From Octopus sinensis (lineage: Eukaryota): 64,000 nucleotides of DNA. Each line of letters begins with the position of its first letter. Position 1 is the first letter of the stretch. Under the pieces are notes generated by a model that saw nothing but the letters and a program-made list of their open reading frames with translations, had not been told where the DNA came from and did not search any database. Shown here piece by piece: positions 52,413 through 63,640 of the stretch. The translations under genes were made by a program, and so were the position numbers. Location: contig NC_043007.1 in NCBI RefSeq assembly GCF_006345805.1, positions 8,494,001 through 8,558,000 on the forward strand, read 5' to 3'.

Positions 52413-55400
52413 TATTATTATTATTATTATTATTATTATTGAACTCTGCACTTTTTTCTTCTCTCTCCGGTTTTTTTCCTCTTAATCCTTTATGTCAAAG
52501 AGCGTAGGCTCAAAAAGTAAAAGACTTTTCTATTCATACCAAGCATTAAACTAATACACCTGCTTGTTGTTCCTACATGTCTTCGTCTTTTGTTTTCTGT
52601 AAATTTGAACTATATACATACATACATACATACATACATACATACATACATACATACATACATACATACAAACATATACACACACATATATATATATATA
52701 TATATACACATATTGATAGTGATCAATATAAATGTAAATGCTTTCCCAAATAAACTTTCAGCTGAGGAAGCTATACAGGTAATGCACAAGCACTCACATT
52801 TGAGTGCACTGCATCTAATAGCAGAAACAGTTGTAAGCTAGTGAAGTTCACTGCATAATGTTTTCTTTCTTTGTCATTTATTTAATACCACATTTATGTC
52901 TTGCAAGTTACTTGGTGACCCTGCCGGTGCAGGTGCCATGTAAAACACATCCAATCCACACTGTTAAGTGGTGGGCATTTGGAAGGGCATCCAGCTGTGA
53001 AAACCATGCCAAAACTGACCTTGCCTATGCTGGTGCCACATAAAAAGCACTCAGTCTACTCTGAGGTGGTGGTGTTAGGAAGGGCATTCAACTGTAAAAA
53101 CCATGCCGAAACTAACACAGTACCTGGCCAATGCCAGAATGGAAGATGGATGCTAAATGATGGTGATGATGATGATGATATATATATATATAATCATTTA
53201 TATTTATAATCATAGAGAAAACATGAATGGAAAGAAAGGAAAAGATTCTTTAGCGATAGGGAATAGAGAAAAAGTCAAAAAATATTGTCGCACCTCTCTA
53301 ACAGTAATTGAATCATCAACTGCATTTTTAAGAAAGAGATTCACAGCACTAAGAGGGGGTTGATGATCAAGTCGCAACAGGAGATTTAACAGATCAACAG
53401 TAAACTGGTGGAACTTCCAAGCTCTGGCAATAAAAAGAGAGATTGTGCAGGTATAAAGAGATAAAAGAAAAAAAAAAGCATTATTAAGACCGACCCTTTA
53501 ACATTTAAACTGGCCATAATTGGCCCAAATATTCTGTTTTTGGTTCAAACTGGCCAGATCTGACCTCTTACAACTACTCTACAATGTCATTCTAGAAATA
53601 AAGAATCACATCATTGAAATCTCAAAGCTATGAGATAATACAGGATTAATTCAAAAACCAATGTGACTATACAAGCATTACTTTCAACAGGGTATTCTGA
53701 ATGTTAAAGGATCGAGAAGATCTAGAGTTAGGAGAAGTGGCAGAGGAGCAGGGCAGATGAAAAGCCGTACACTGTTTAGTTGGGTATTTTTACATTACGA
53801 ATTTGAATCCGACCAGGGTCAACTTTGCCTTTCATTGTTTTGAGACTGAACTGATGAAATAAGTGATAATGAAATAGTCGCATTAATCTGACCATCTGTG
53901 CTCAGCCACAAAGTCCTGGGTTCATGCTCACATTAAGAAGCAAGGTTAATTGTTATTAGAATTGCTATGTAATGGAAGTCTATAGTTATGGCTTACACAT
54001 TAATCCTGACAACAGCATTAATTTATTCCTGGCCTTTGTTTGACTAGGGATAAAGTCTTGAAAACTTAATTTAAAAAATGAGATCTGGAGTGTGTTTGTT
54101 TTTTGGGTTTTTTTTTTTCCTTAGAAAGTATGAAAAATATATTGACAGAAAACATTGCCCACCTCTCTGAATCAATTAAAAAATAATTTAGAAAAAAACA
54201 AACAAACTCAATACGTGCTTCAGCTTTCAATTATGAAAACATCAGATTCATGGAAAATGTGCAAGGGATGATAATTAAAAGAGAGTTCAAAGCAAAATGG
54301 TAAGGAATGAGAGATGAAAGCAGGTTACATTAATAAGAAAAGTAAAACAGAAAAGTTGGAATAATTCTAAAGCTAGGAGAAGAATGTTAAAAATAAGATA
54401 ACAGTAAGCTATCTATAGAACTTTAGGTTATCTTGTCAAATTAATAGTTGTACTAAAACTCAACCAAATTCGTCATGACAAGCATAGACTTTGGTCATAA
54501 TGGTGGCAGTCGCAAAGAAGCTTTACAATTTAAAACCAGTAAAGACAGAATTTCAAATAAATAGACTCAGTACCTCAAAGTTCCAACATTAATCTACCTT
54601 GATGTTGAGTAAAATAATATTGAAATTTTAGTAATATTTTGCTCTGCTTTTTATTACATTCTAATAACTAACCAAAAGGAAGAGGAAGAAAATTACATTA
54701 TTAAGAACATCACTGAAAATAGTTAACCAATAAAAAAAAATAACAGGTAATAAATAAAATTCTTTTGCAACTTACAGCTCACCACTCTCAACTAAAGAGA
54801 CAAGCTTCTCAGTTAGTGATATATACATTCTGAAAGAGAGAAAAAACAGACATCTGTAAACCTTTAAAGCACTAGAGTATCATCTATAAACAGAATGTTC
54901 AAACATGCATGCACAAACACACACACACTGCCAACAACTATCATCACAATCATCATCCTCTCAATCACCATCACTATTTTGACAAACATTTTCCCATGCT
55001 CACCTGAGTTGGCAGGTGTACACTCTAACAAGTCACTGTTTGTCATCTCATCTCTGACATTCAACCTTGAGAGATCTAACCAACCGTATTCCTTCTTCCC
55101 ACATCTTCAAACATGGCAACACCCAACTATTAGCACATAGCACTCGTTTACTATAGCCATCCTTGATAGGGACAGAGAATCGAAGCTTTCCTCCTCTAGA
55201 TTCTCTGTCCCTGGTCACTCCTTATCCACCTTTCTGTACCTTGAGGGTGTACTGACACCTCATCTCTACCATCTTTTCTTCCTTTCTTGATGGGATAGTC
55301 ACATACCTCTTCTACCACAAGATATCTTTTCCCTCTTTCCTGCTTTAACCTGTCAACTCCTGGCACAATGCCATCTTCCTCAATTCTGTACCCAAACTCT

Positions 55401-58400
55401 GTCAAGGGGTCTAATCTTGCAAGTTACCAGGTGATCCTACCAGTGCTGGTACCCCAACAAAAAATGCACCTACATACTGCAAGGTGGTTGGTGTTAGGAA
55501 GGACATCAAACCACAGAAGCCTTACCAAAGCAGACATAGGAAACCAAGGTCAGATCCTGCCAAACCATTCGACCCACACCACCATGGCATATGGATATTA
55601 AATGATGATGATGGCATGTCAAATGTCCATTCCAATGTAATTCTCTTCCCAGCTTATATCAGTCATTGTCTCAGATCAGCCATGTTCTATATTTCATGCA
55701 AGCCAAAGTAATACATTTGTTTTTAACTATTGTGTGATGCCACAACAAAGACACCCACATGACAGACATCTTTTAGTTTTTAGCTTCCAGATATGAAGAT
55801 CACCCTCAAAACTTTCTTTGGCCCAAGGCTAAATGGAAAACACTTGACGAAGGTGCCACACACTGGGACATGTTTTTCTGTGCACATGCGCATGTGAATG
55901 GGTTTGCATGTGCATGTCTGTGAAGGTTGTCATTTCTGTTTCTTCCAAGGAATCATCTGAGTAAATGATTGGTCTCAGGTTTACATTCTCGGCGTACCTT
56001 GTCTAGTCAGTGGCTCGGCTTTCAGATTAGCTGAAGAAAAATAAATCTGCTTGTAAAAAAAGATATGGCAGAAGAGCATCCAGCCATAAAAATTCTGCCC
56101 CAAATATGAACCCATCCCACCCTAACCCATGCCATCAGAACAAATGCAGACATCAGGATAATATTCTCTTACTCTGTGTCTTGTTTATTTCTAGCAGCTT
56201 CTTTTAACACAGCTGTTTCCAATTCCTCAGGTGTTGCTTTTGAATTTTCTGAAACTCGGAGTAACTCTTGAGCTGCTTTGATGCAATTATCAGAAGTCTA
56301 AAGAGAAGAGAAGGAAAATATACAAATGAACGATGTGCAAAGTAAAAATATAAGAATTCTGTGATAAACACAAAAAGTACCAAATTTGAGGAGAGTAATA
56401 GACAACTTGCTGTGAAAAGAAAAAGGGAGCCTCTACATGGTCACTTGACTAGCTAGAAAAAGCAACCGATTCTCTCTGAAATTACACCCTACCAGCTTGA
56501 AAAGAAAGGATGTATATTACATACTGGATGACAGAATTCTGAATATTGACCCATTCTCTAAATGTACAATTGGTGGGATTGAATCTTTTTAATCTCAATT
56601 AAGATGAACTGGGCATGTCGTCAGAATGAGAGACAATGAAATTCCCAAAGTCCTTATGTATAACCAATTCCATGATGGAAGGAGAAACAGAGGAGGACTA
56701 TGGCTAAAGTAAAAGGATAAGCTCAAAGTTAACCAGGAAGTGACAAGAATTTCCCTAGAAACATTTGAAAGAAACAGCTCTGAATTGCAATGAATAGAAG
56801 TTCATTTGCTACAAAGCCTTAAAGAACTTTGAATTAAGCCATTTAGATCATCTTTAAAAAATTGAGAGCAAAGAAAGTCTTCAAGAGGCCAGCCATTTTG
56901 TCTAGCAAACCTTTCTTATGTCCTGTCTGTGGACTTGTCTTTGTAAGCTGGATTAAATTCTCAAAAGACATCAGAACCAAAACAAAAGGAGACAAAATGC
57001 AGTGAGACTGCTTCAGGTTGAAATTAACAGAAGGATCAATTACACAGTATATATACTCACCTCTATTTTAATTGCAGGTGTCTCAAAACTCTTTGAAACT
57101 CGTGAATTGACATCATCAATTAGTCGAAGGACTGACAACTCAGAAGAGTGTTGTGCTTTTGCAACAGCTGGCCAAAGTGCATTGAGAACATTCCACTCCC
57201 GTTTCACCACCAATGCTTTCGAGACATTACCTTGGATGATGTGAAGGGAGCTCTATCGGGATTTCAAAAGAAATACAGTGAGAGTTAGGGTAAAGGCAAA
57301 ATGATAACGGTATAAAGAAAGATGGTAGATAATCACAGGTTTAGGCTGACTAAGTTAAATACGTGAAACAATAAGATGAAATATGAAGTGGGTGAGAGAA
57401 GAATGAGAAGAGAAGAGGAAGGAGGACAGAGAGGAAGAGAAAGACGGAGAGAGAAAGAGAAGAGGAAGGAGCAGGAGGAGCTGAGAGGTGAAGAGGAGTG
57501 TTGCATGAGAGACAAAATGTAAGAAGAGAGGAGAACAGAGAAAGAAGTGGGAAAGACAAGTGATAATATATGAGAGAGAATGCATGAAGAAAAAGGAAAA
57601 TAGAGAAAAAAGGGATATGGGAGAATAGTGTGATGTTTGTAAGAGATACAATGTAAGTGAAAGAGAAGGGGAGGTGAAGAGGAAGAGAGAGAAAAAAAGA
57701 AAATGAATGGCAGAGCGAAAGACTGAGAAACAAAATGAGTGAAAGAATAAAAAAATCAAATATAAACATCAATGAAGGAACATAGCTCAGTGGTTAGAGT
57801 GTCAGGCTCACAATCACGAGGTAGTGAGTTCAATTCCCAGACCAGGCTGTGTGTTGTGCTCTTGAGCAAAACATTTTATTTCACATTGCTCCAGTGCTGT
57901 AGAAATGAGTTGTGACATCACTGGTGTCAAGCTGTATCAGCCTCTTTGCCTTTCCCTTGGACAACATTAGTGGCATGGGAATGGGGAGGCTGGTACACAT
58001 GGGTGACTTCTGGTCTTCCATAAACAACCTTACCTCAGAGGGTAACTTTCTAGGTGCAATCCCATGGTTAATCATAACCAAAGGGGGTTTTTTTCTTTAT
58101 AAATATCAGTAATGGTAATTTATAAAAAAATTTAATTGTCAAGAGGGAAAGTAGTACTGGAACTGACAGACGGGAAAAAAAAATTGAGCAGAGAATTGGA
58201 GACTTGTTCTGAATACTTGCAAAGGAATGAACATTGCTAAAAGCACCCAATCTGCAATGTAGCACTGTTAAAATGGACGATTGATTAAATCTATGATTTA
58301 ATGGGTTGAAGTGATGATGAAGAGAAGAAAACCTTGATAGTATTTAAGACCAAGATAGCACTCATAGACTGACCTTTAGTTTGTGTTCAGGAGCATTGGG

Positions 58401-61253
58401 ATCGGTGAGATTATTCACAATTTCTGGTAGCAGTAAGTTGTAACTGTAGTGGAAGTTCAGGAACATGTGGAATAACAAGGACTGGCCCTTTTTTCGTACC
58501 TTGGCATTGAAAGAGAAATTGGAGATGACAGTTATTAACATAAATAAACAGTAATCAAAATATGTGTTTAATTAAGCCCATGTAAGCTTTTCTTGAGGGC
58601 TCTAAGCTTGTTACTATTATTGTTGTTCAGCCAAACTTCAATCCTAATTAAGGCTTACTTATAAAGAAGAACTCTATTAACAGGCATTTCCAGTTAGGTT
58701 TATTATCTTTAAATCAGGCAGCATTGACCATCCAGCAGTTTTACTTTTTCCCCAGGGTGGTGTACTTCAGACAACATTATCCAAGGTATCCAGTGCAGAC
58801 GTGATTGTATGGTTAAGGAGTTTGTTTCCTAACCACATGATTACAAGTTCAGTCCCACTGTGAAGCACATTGGCTGAGCATTTTCTACTCTAGCCTCATG
58901 CCAACCAAGACCTTGACAGTGGTTTTGGCAAGATAAGCAATGAAACAGATAAAGATGTCTTTGTTAGGGTCACAGGTTTAAAAATGGTATTTTCTGAGCT
59001 GAAGGCATGACCAGGATATTTTTATATGATTCTAGTAAAATAATATGAAAATGATCTTTAAAGAGCCAGCTATCCAAAATAATGTCATCATACAGATATA
59101 TTACACTTTCAATAAAGCCAGGTTGGTCATGCATTAATTAACTAATAAAAAAATTTAATTTTTTTTTTTGTCTCCAATTTGCTTCTATCTAGAAATCAAA
59201 GGAAATGACTACTCTTCTCCTCAAACTTTGCTTTTGTCACCTGGACATCAATGTTTTCAAACTGTTTTCCATTACATTTCACAGAGATTCAACATTGAGT
59301 TGCTGCAGCAGAAATATCATTATAGCAAATATTCTGCTCAATACTACAGATTTGCTTGTCAGTTGCTTGACTTTAATCACTTGAGCATGTCCCTTAGTAG
59401 CTGACAATTTGTGTATCTCTGATCATGAGCGGGAGTAGTGGGGTGAGCATCATAACTATGTGTTGAGAGGGATACGTTGGGGTTTGAATAAATGTAACAA
59501 AAGCAAAGTTTGAAGGAAATATTCACCCTTTTTCATACTTTCTAGTGGTAAGCAAATAGGAAATAGCAATTGCTACCCAGGGACAAAATTCATGTTACAC
59601 AGTGTAATAGGTCTTCTCAACCAGGACTGGCCTGGGGCTAAACAACAACAACATAAAAAAATGCTTAAGCATTGGCCCATAAGCTTCATTATTAAACCTG
59701 ACAGATCAATGAAAAGACAAAGTAATGAAGCAGTGAATTGTAAAAGACATGCTAGGCAATACCAACCTCACTGTACCTGCTTGTGGAGAGAGCGAGAAGA
59801 TCCTGCAGTAAAGATCTGTGTGTGGAGGTGAATTTCTTTTTCACACTCAACAACATACGCAGCTGCAAAAAAGCAAAGACTTACTTGTAAAATGATATTA
59901 AACATTAGCATTTAAAAGAAAAGAAGAGAAACAGCTCTGTTAATGAGGTTTTGTTGACCAGAGTATATTATCCATTATGCTACAGAATGCTTGCTAATCT
60001 CTCCAGCTTTCCCTATCTCTCTCTCTCTCTCTCAGGTAAAGTGCTTAGATATATCTTTCTACTTTTTCGCCTTTGTTTCACTGTCAATTTTTTTTTTTTT
60101 TTTATTGTGTGTTTTAAAGGAAACTTGAAGAAAATGTCTCAGGTTGTTTTGCATAATTTTACTTACAAAGAAAGCAATTTTATCTCAGTGGATAACTTGG
60201 CAATAATGTTTCCTAGACAAGTAAGGTGTTACCAGGTGGAAAAATTGTTAATGAGGAGGGGAAATGTCTAAATGGATATGGAACTAGTTTTGCAGATCAT
60301 AGTTTGGCCACAACAGGTATTTCTGTTTGGTTCAAAGAAAGCACTCTATTCTTCATTGTCTTCGTTCATCAAGTGGTGAAGATTCCCTGTCAAACTAACT
60401 GAAACAGAGTTTTCCTGTACAGGGGTAACATGTTAACTTTTAAACAGTTAACACAAGCAGAAGCCAAATTTGAACTTTGATTTTATATTTCCTCGAGATC
60501 TGCGAGAGGATTAGGATTTTGGCTAACAAAAGGAACAACAGGAAATGGATTGGTCAGAACAGCTGACCAAATGCCTGTGCAATCTTATTACAGCCGATTA
60601 TGTTTTGACTTGAAATTCCTGTTGAGATCAACTTTGCTTCTTATCCTTTTAGGGTTCAACAAAATGAAGTGTTAGTCAAGTTCTAGGGTCAATTTAATAT
60701 TCCAATAAAGCATTTTGGATGTGAATTGAATTACGATAGAAGAATATATCTAGGAACAGTAAAACAATTTGCAAATATATTCTGTTTTGAATCTCTTCAA
60801 GCATAAAAACCACAAGAATGTAGCAACTATTTCCATATATTATTATTATGAATAAAGTTATTAGCTACACTGGAACCATAGACAATTCTTGGTCTTCAAA
60901 AGAGGGATTTGGTTTGCCAGTCAATAATTCTAGATGGCTTTGTGCAATTATTACTTGTTTTATAATAATTACCAACTACAATGAAAGTAAACAATGTCAT
61001 GTTATCAACTAGCACAGACATTACGACTCCCCTGACATTACCCCTGCGACTCTTTGGATCCACCCAAGCCATGTTCTGAGCAATAATGTGAGTTGAATTC
61101 ACAGGTTTCTTCGTTTTAACTATAACAAGGTTTTATTCAGTAAAATATAAATATCTCTTTTCTGTTGGAATATATGGAGAAAAAAAGAGAGAGGACAGAG
61201 AGAAAGAGAGAGAACAGGGAGAGAGAGAGAGAAAGAGAGAGAACAGACAGAGA

Positions 61254-61288
<35 letters not shown>

Positions 61289-61832
61289 AGAGATGTCAGA
61301 GTCTTCTGCTGACCAAATTTATTCTATGAGAATGCAAAATATATACACAACTTCATTTCCCATATGTGGATTTGTGAGTGTGTGTTAAGTGGGTGTATAA
61401 TTCTGTATTTGTGTGAGTGTGTGTGTGTGTGTGTATGTATGCTGTGTTAGAATGCAAACTGTGCTAGTGTGGTTCTGAAGAAGTGAATGCACCTTGAGTG
61501 TGCATTGTTAGTATGCACACTGTGCACTGTATGTGCATGTGTGCACCATGCACACACTAGTGTATGTATTGTGTTAGAGGGTTCATATATTGCAAGTGCA
61601 AGTTGGGGATCCTGACCCAGAAGCACACATAACCCACTTTTGTTGTTTGCAAAGGGTTAGTGGCATGCTCAAATCAATTGTGGAGTGCGGTGACCGAATG
61701 GGACTATGTACATCAAATATAGAATTTCACAGACGTGACTAAGAAATTAATAAATATCAAAGTACCAACCTCATGTTGTAAGAGTACTCGATCAATTAAC
61801 AGGGCCCGGACATGAGATTTATAGCCTCCCAG
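24683..61832 (-). CDS. PSME4: Proteasome activator complex subunit 4 (PA200/Blm10), 3' portion; 20 coding exons in window, 5' end beyond window
   Basis: 20 exons with GT-AG boundaries and consistent phases join to 2769 nt (922 aa + TGA). Motifs [51 protein letters not shown] and terminal SPNYYA match vertebrate PA200 as recalled. Confidence 0.96.
25610..25810 (-). CDS. PSME4: PSME4 exon ([11 protein letters not shown]...[20 protein letters not shown]...DIQPIQ)
   Basis: 201 nt, phase 0/0, CAG acceptor, GTGAGG donor. Confidence 0.95.
25945..26260 (-). mobile_element. Family C element (RTE-like LINE 3' end, (GAT)n-type tail)
   Basis: Reverse complement of the 47360-47988 element; similar minus copies at 24900, 27040, 31455 and 43740. 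Confidence 0.75.
26295..26855 (-). mobile_element. Three tandem decayed SINE family B copies
   Basis: Repeated CACAAGGC..AAT, ACTTATTTTATC and GAATTTGAACTCAG motifs. Confidence 0.65.
27238..27312 (-). CDS. PSME4: PSME4 exon ([25 protein letters not shown])
   Basis: 75 nt, phase 0/0, TAG acceptor, GTAAGT donor; VRExAxxTLSGLL motif. Confidence 0.94.
28958..29239 (-). CDS. PSME4: PSME4 exon ([17 protein letters not shown]...SWHAK...IFNNFF...CNERLE)
   Basis: 282 nt, phase 0/0, CAG acceptor, GTAAAC donor. Confidence 0.94.
30508..30584 (-). CDS. PSME4: PSME4 exon ([25 protein letters not shown])
   Basis: 77 nt, phase 1/0, CAG acceptor, GTAAGT donor. Confidence 0.9.
32496..32624 (-). CDS. PSME4: PSME4 exon ([11 protein letters not shown]...[17 protein letters not shown])
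   Basis: 129 nt, phase 1/1, CAG acceptor, GTAAAT donor; joins next exon to give CKTILKWF. Confidence 0.88.
32678..33100 (-). mobile_element. Composite (dimeric) SINE family B copy
   Basis: Two ACTGGTACTTA..GACCCC..GATGAAAGG..GTCGAC..GGAATTTGAACTC cores, matching 10526-10780. Confidence 0.75.
34212..34357 (-). CDS. PSME4: PSME4 exon ([12 protein letters not shown]...[15 protein letters not shown])
   Basis: 146 nt, phase 2/1, CAG acceptor, GTATTT donor. Confidence 0.9.
35834..35965 (-). CDS. PSME4: PSME4 exon ([20 protein letters not shown]...[11 protein letters not shown])
   Basis: 132 nt, phase 2/2, TAG acceptor, GTAAGT donor. Confidence 0.94.
36948..37155. mobile_element. Short piggyBac-type MITE related to 38839-40101
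   Basis: TTAACCCTTTTG left end and shared subterminal blocks; right TIR degenerate. Confidence 0.55.
37650..37741 (-). CDS. PSME4: PSME4 exon ([30 protein letters not shown])
   Basis: 92 nt, phase 0/2, CAG acceptor, GTGAGT donor. Confidence 0.94.
38130..38695 (+). mobile_element. Family C element (RTE-like LINE 3' end)
   Basis: Diverged internal repeats, then GGAGTGGTTGGCATTAGGAAGGGCATCCAGCTGTAG...GACATTAAAC. Confidence 0.7.
38839..40101. mobile_element. Non-autonomous piggyBac-like DNA transposon, 1263 bp
   Basis: TTAA target duplications at 38835-38838 and 40102-40105; TIRs CCCTTTTGTTACTA / TAGTAACGAAAGGG; no intact transposase. Confidence 0.8.
40233..40337 (-). CDS. PSME4: PSME4 exon ([35 protein letters not shown])
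   Basis: 105 nt, phase 0/0, CAG acceptor, GTAAGT donor; VETxxDWG motif. Confidence 0.93.
40420..40950 (-). mobile_element. Possible L1/Tx1-like LINE 3' end
   Basis: Degenerate FF..HLKK.V.VER coding remnant, then a T-rich 3'UTR with AATAAA. Confidence 0.4.
42048..42540 (-). mobile_element. CpG-rich family C element with expanded internal repeat
   Basis: Many CpGs retained relative to other copies; contains the 67-bp array. Confidence 0.75.
42234..42540. repeat. 67-bp tandem repeat, about 4.6 copies
   Basis: GGCATCGGCCAC starts at 42234, 42301, 42368, 42435 and 42502. Confidence 0.95.
43393..43557 (-). CDS. PSME4: PSME4 exon ([11 protein letters not shown]...[22 protein letters not shown])
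   Basis: 165 nt, phase 0/0, CAG acceptor, GTAGTT donor. Confidence 0.94.
44293..44488 (-). CDS. PSME4: PSME4 exon ([12 protein letters not shown]...[13 protein letters not shown]...AFIK)
   Basis: 196 nt, phase 2/0, TAG acceptor, GTGAGA donor; LExxKGKDKF motif. Confidence 0.94.
45787..46125 (+). mobile_element. tRNA-derived SINE family E copy
   Basis: TGGCTGAGTGG A-box, GAATTCGATTCC B-box, TTGTGTTCTTGAGCAAGACACTT core; paralog at 57777. Confidence 0.75.
46257..46504 (-). CDS. PSME4: PSME4 exon ([18 protein letters not shown]...[13 protein letters not shown])
   Basis: 248 nt, phase 0/2, CAG acceptor, GTAAGT donor; RxDNxWL and FVEKTHxGxYxWP motifs. Confidence 0.94.
47360..47988 (+). mobile_element. 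Family C: RTE-like LINE 3' end with ORF terminus and repeat-containing 3'UTR
   Basis: [27 protein letters not shown] (also at about 31130 and 62650), three internal AAAAGCACC repeats, (GAT)n tail. Confidence 0.75.
50470..50838 (-). mobile_element. SINE family A copy
   Basis: Matches 15698-16123. Confidence 0.8.
50875..52350. repeat. Near-identical tandem duplication, period 756 bp
   Basis: CGCACACACATAT starts at 50875 and 51631; by eye the units differ in one substitution and in homopolymer/microsatellite length. Confidence 0.95.
53294..53423 (-). CDS. PSME4: PSME4 exon ([19 protein letters not shown]...DSITVRE)
   Basis: 130 nt, phase 2/0, CAG acceptor, GTGCGA donor; WKF and LLLRxD motifs. 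Confidence 0.92.
53494..53711. mobile_element. piggyBac-type MITE
   Basis: CCTTTAACATT ... AATGTTAAAGG inverted ends; homologous to 24137-24540. Confidence 0.6.
54776..54829 (-). CDS. PSME4: PSME4 exon ([17 protein letters not shown])
   Basis: 54 nt, phase 2/2, CAG acceptor, GTAAGT donor. Confidence 0.87.
56173..56297 (-). CDS. PSME4: PSME4 exon ([13 protein letters not shown]...ARNKQDT)
   Basis: 125 nt, phase 0/2, TAG acceptor, GTAAGA donor. Confidence 0.87.
56570..56970 (+). mobile_element. Decayed RTE LINE 3' fragment
   Basis: [34 protein letters not shown]. Confidence 0.7.
57061..57252 (-). CDS. PSME4: PSME4 exon (SSLHIIQGN...[22 protein letters not shown]...PAIKIE)
   Basis: 192 nt, phase 0/0, TAG acceptor with CCCTAAC branch point about 30 nt upstream, GTGAGT donor. 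Confidence 0.9.
57777..58090 (+). mobile_element. tRNA-derived SINE family E copy
   Basis: TAGCTCAGTGG A-box, GAGTTCAATTCC B-box, body matches 45787-46125. Confidence 0.75.
58374..58499 (-). CDS. PSME4: PSME4 exon ([20 protein letters not shown]...APEHKLK)
   Basis: 126 nt, phase 0/0, AAG acceptor, GTCAGT donor. Confidence 0.88.
59767..59862 (-). CDS. PSME4: PSME4 exon ([32 protein letters not shown])
   Basis: 96 nt, phase 0/0, CAG acceptor, GTTGGT donor; DLLxLSTSxYS motif. Confidence 0.92.
61770..61832 (-). CDS. PSME4: PSME4 exon ([21 protein letters not shown])
   Basis: 63 nt, phase 0/0, TAG acceptor, GTTGGT donor. Confidence 0.93.
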
Positions 61833-62579
61833 CTAGAAGAGAAAGCAACATAACAAATCATATAACATCACAACTTTATAATCTAAATATATATATATAT
61901 ATATATATATTGACATATAGATATATATAAATATATATACACAGACATATATATACACATGTACATACACAGAAGTTTGATAATACAAACACCAGAAAGA
62001 GAACTTAATACGTAAATCATATTCATACATTTAACTGAAAACTACATAATTGAGTCACAGGCCGAGAGATTTATGCAATGCATACGCCAATGCACAAAAC
62101 TCTTTGTTAATTAATCTTAATTAGTGAAAATTATATATATATATAATTGCCAAGCAAGCGTGATGTCCTGTACGGGACAGTGCTACTGACGTTTATAGCC
62201 CCCAGAAAGACATTTCTTCCAGCTGGCTAATGACACACGTTCTGTGTCTAATTAGTATTTGTGAGGGGAGGTCATTGCTCACATCTCTAGCCTTACGTGA
62301 TAGACACGGACTTGAGTTTCTGGGTGGTTACCTGTTCTCAGCTTGTGTTAATCACCAGCTAGTGATGAAAACTCACTCCACTCGCAAAATACTTCATGCT
62401 TTTTCCAGCAACAAACAGTCGCTGATCTTAGAAAAGGAGAAATAAGCTATATTAAATCTCTGAGTGAGATATGAACAGTAGCAATACGGAATTGTAAGAT
62501 ATAATTGCCAAGCAAGTGTGCCATTCTATATGGGACAGTGCTACTAGCGTATATAGCCCCAAAAAGATATATGTATATC

Positions 62580-62981
62580 TAAAGTGGCTGAGTTCTTTTC
62601 AAGCATTGCACATGATGGAGGCAAAGTGGCTGAGTTTCTTTTGATCGTTGAGCCTCACGGAGGCAATGACCAAGACCTTTGGTATTATGTCGTGCTTGAG
62701 AAGCAAATCCATCAAGCTGAGCAAAATCACAGTTGTGGCAAATATCAGTGTCTTACGAATTGGCACTCAAGCTGCTGGCACATAAACGCACCGTGGTGTC
62801 ATACCAGTGGCACATAAAAGCACCCACTACACTCTCGGAGTGGTTGGTGTTAGGGAGGGCATCCAGCTGTAGAAAACCATACCAAATCAGACGTGAGTTT
62901 GGTGCAGCCTTCTGACTTGCCTGCCCTCAGTCAAACCATCCAACCCATGCCAGCATGGGCAACAGACATTAAATGATGATG
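62580..62981 (+). mobile_element. Family C element (RTE-like LINE 3' end)
   Basis: GCCTCACGGAGGCAATGACC coding remnant and GACATTAAATGATGATGAT tail. Confidence 0.7.
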
Positions 62982-63384
62982 ATATATATATGTACACACA
63001 TACTGGCAGGATGGTGTTGTTAAAAACATTGCTTCCCAATTCTGTGGTTTTGAGTTCAATCCCATAGTGCAGCACACTGGACATCTCCTGATATAGCCAC
63101 AGGCAAACTAAAGCCTTATGAGTGGATTTGATAGAGGGGAACTGAAATCAACCCATTGTGCTTGTGTTTATGTGTGCAAGCACATGTGTCTTTAGGGTTG
63201 TTCATATTTGTGCTTCTCCAAAAACAAACAAAAAAAAAACACTTAGCTACAAGCGGTGAGGCTGTTGTCATTTCTCTCGTCAACAAATCATCTATTTGCT
63301 GATGAAGTGAGCCCTTACTTGTAAAAGCCAGATATAGGCTAAGGACAGGAGGGACATTCAGCTGTAAAGCAATAATTATTTCTA

Positions 63385-63640
63385 CTCTAGGCACAAGGCC
63401 TTGCAAACTTTTGGAGAAGGGAGCTAATCAATTATATCGACCCCTGCGCATAACTGGTACTTATTTCATCGACCCTGAAAGGATCAAATGCAAAGTCAAC
63501 CTTGTCTACTAAATCTACTCACAAGGCTTTGGTTGAACTGAGGCTATAGTAAAAGACACTTGCCCAAGGTGCCATGCAGTGGGACTGAACCTGGAACCAT
63601 TTGGTTGGGAAGCAAGCTTCTTAGCACACAGCCATGCCTG
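63385..63640 (-). mobile_element. Fused SINE B (63385-63505) and SINE A head (63505-63640)
   Basis: The family B core abuts the family A 5' segment directly. Confidence 0.6.

Noticed and set aside
57350-57772. Hydrophobic multi-pass-like ORFs
   Set aside because: Consequence of the pyrimidine-rich strand coding F/L/S
57777-57845. tRNA gene (also 45787, 10855, 4748)
   Set aside because: A/B boxes are present, but there is no complete cloverleaf or terminator and the head runs into a multi-copy SINE body
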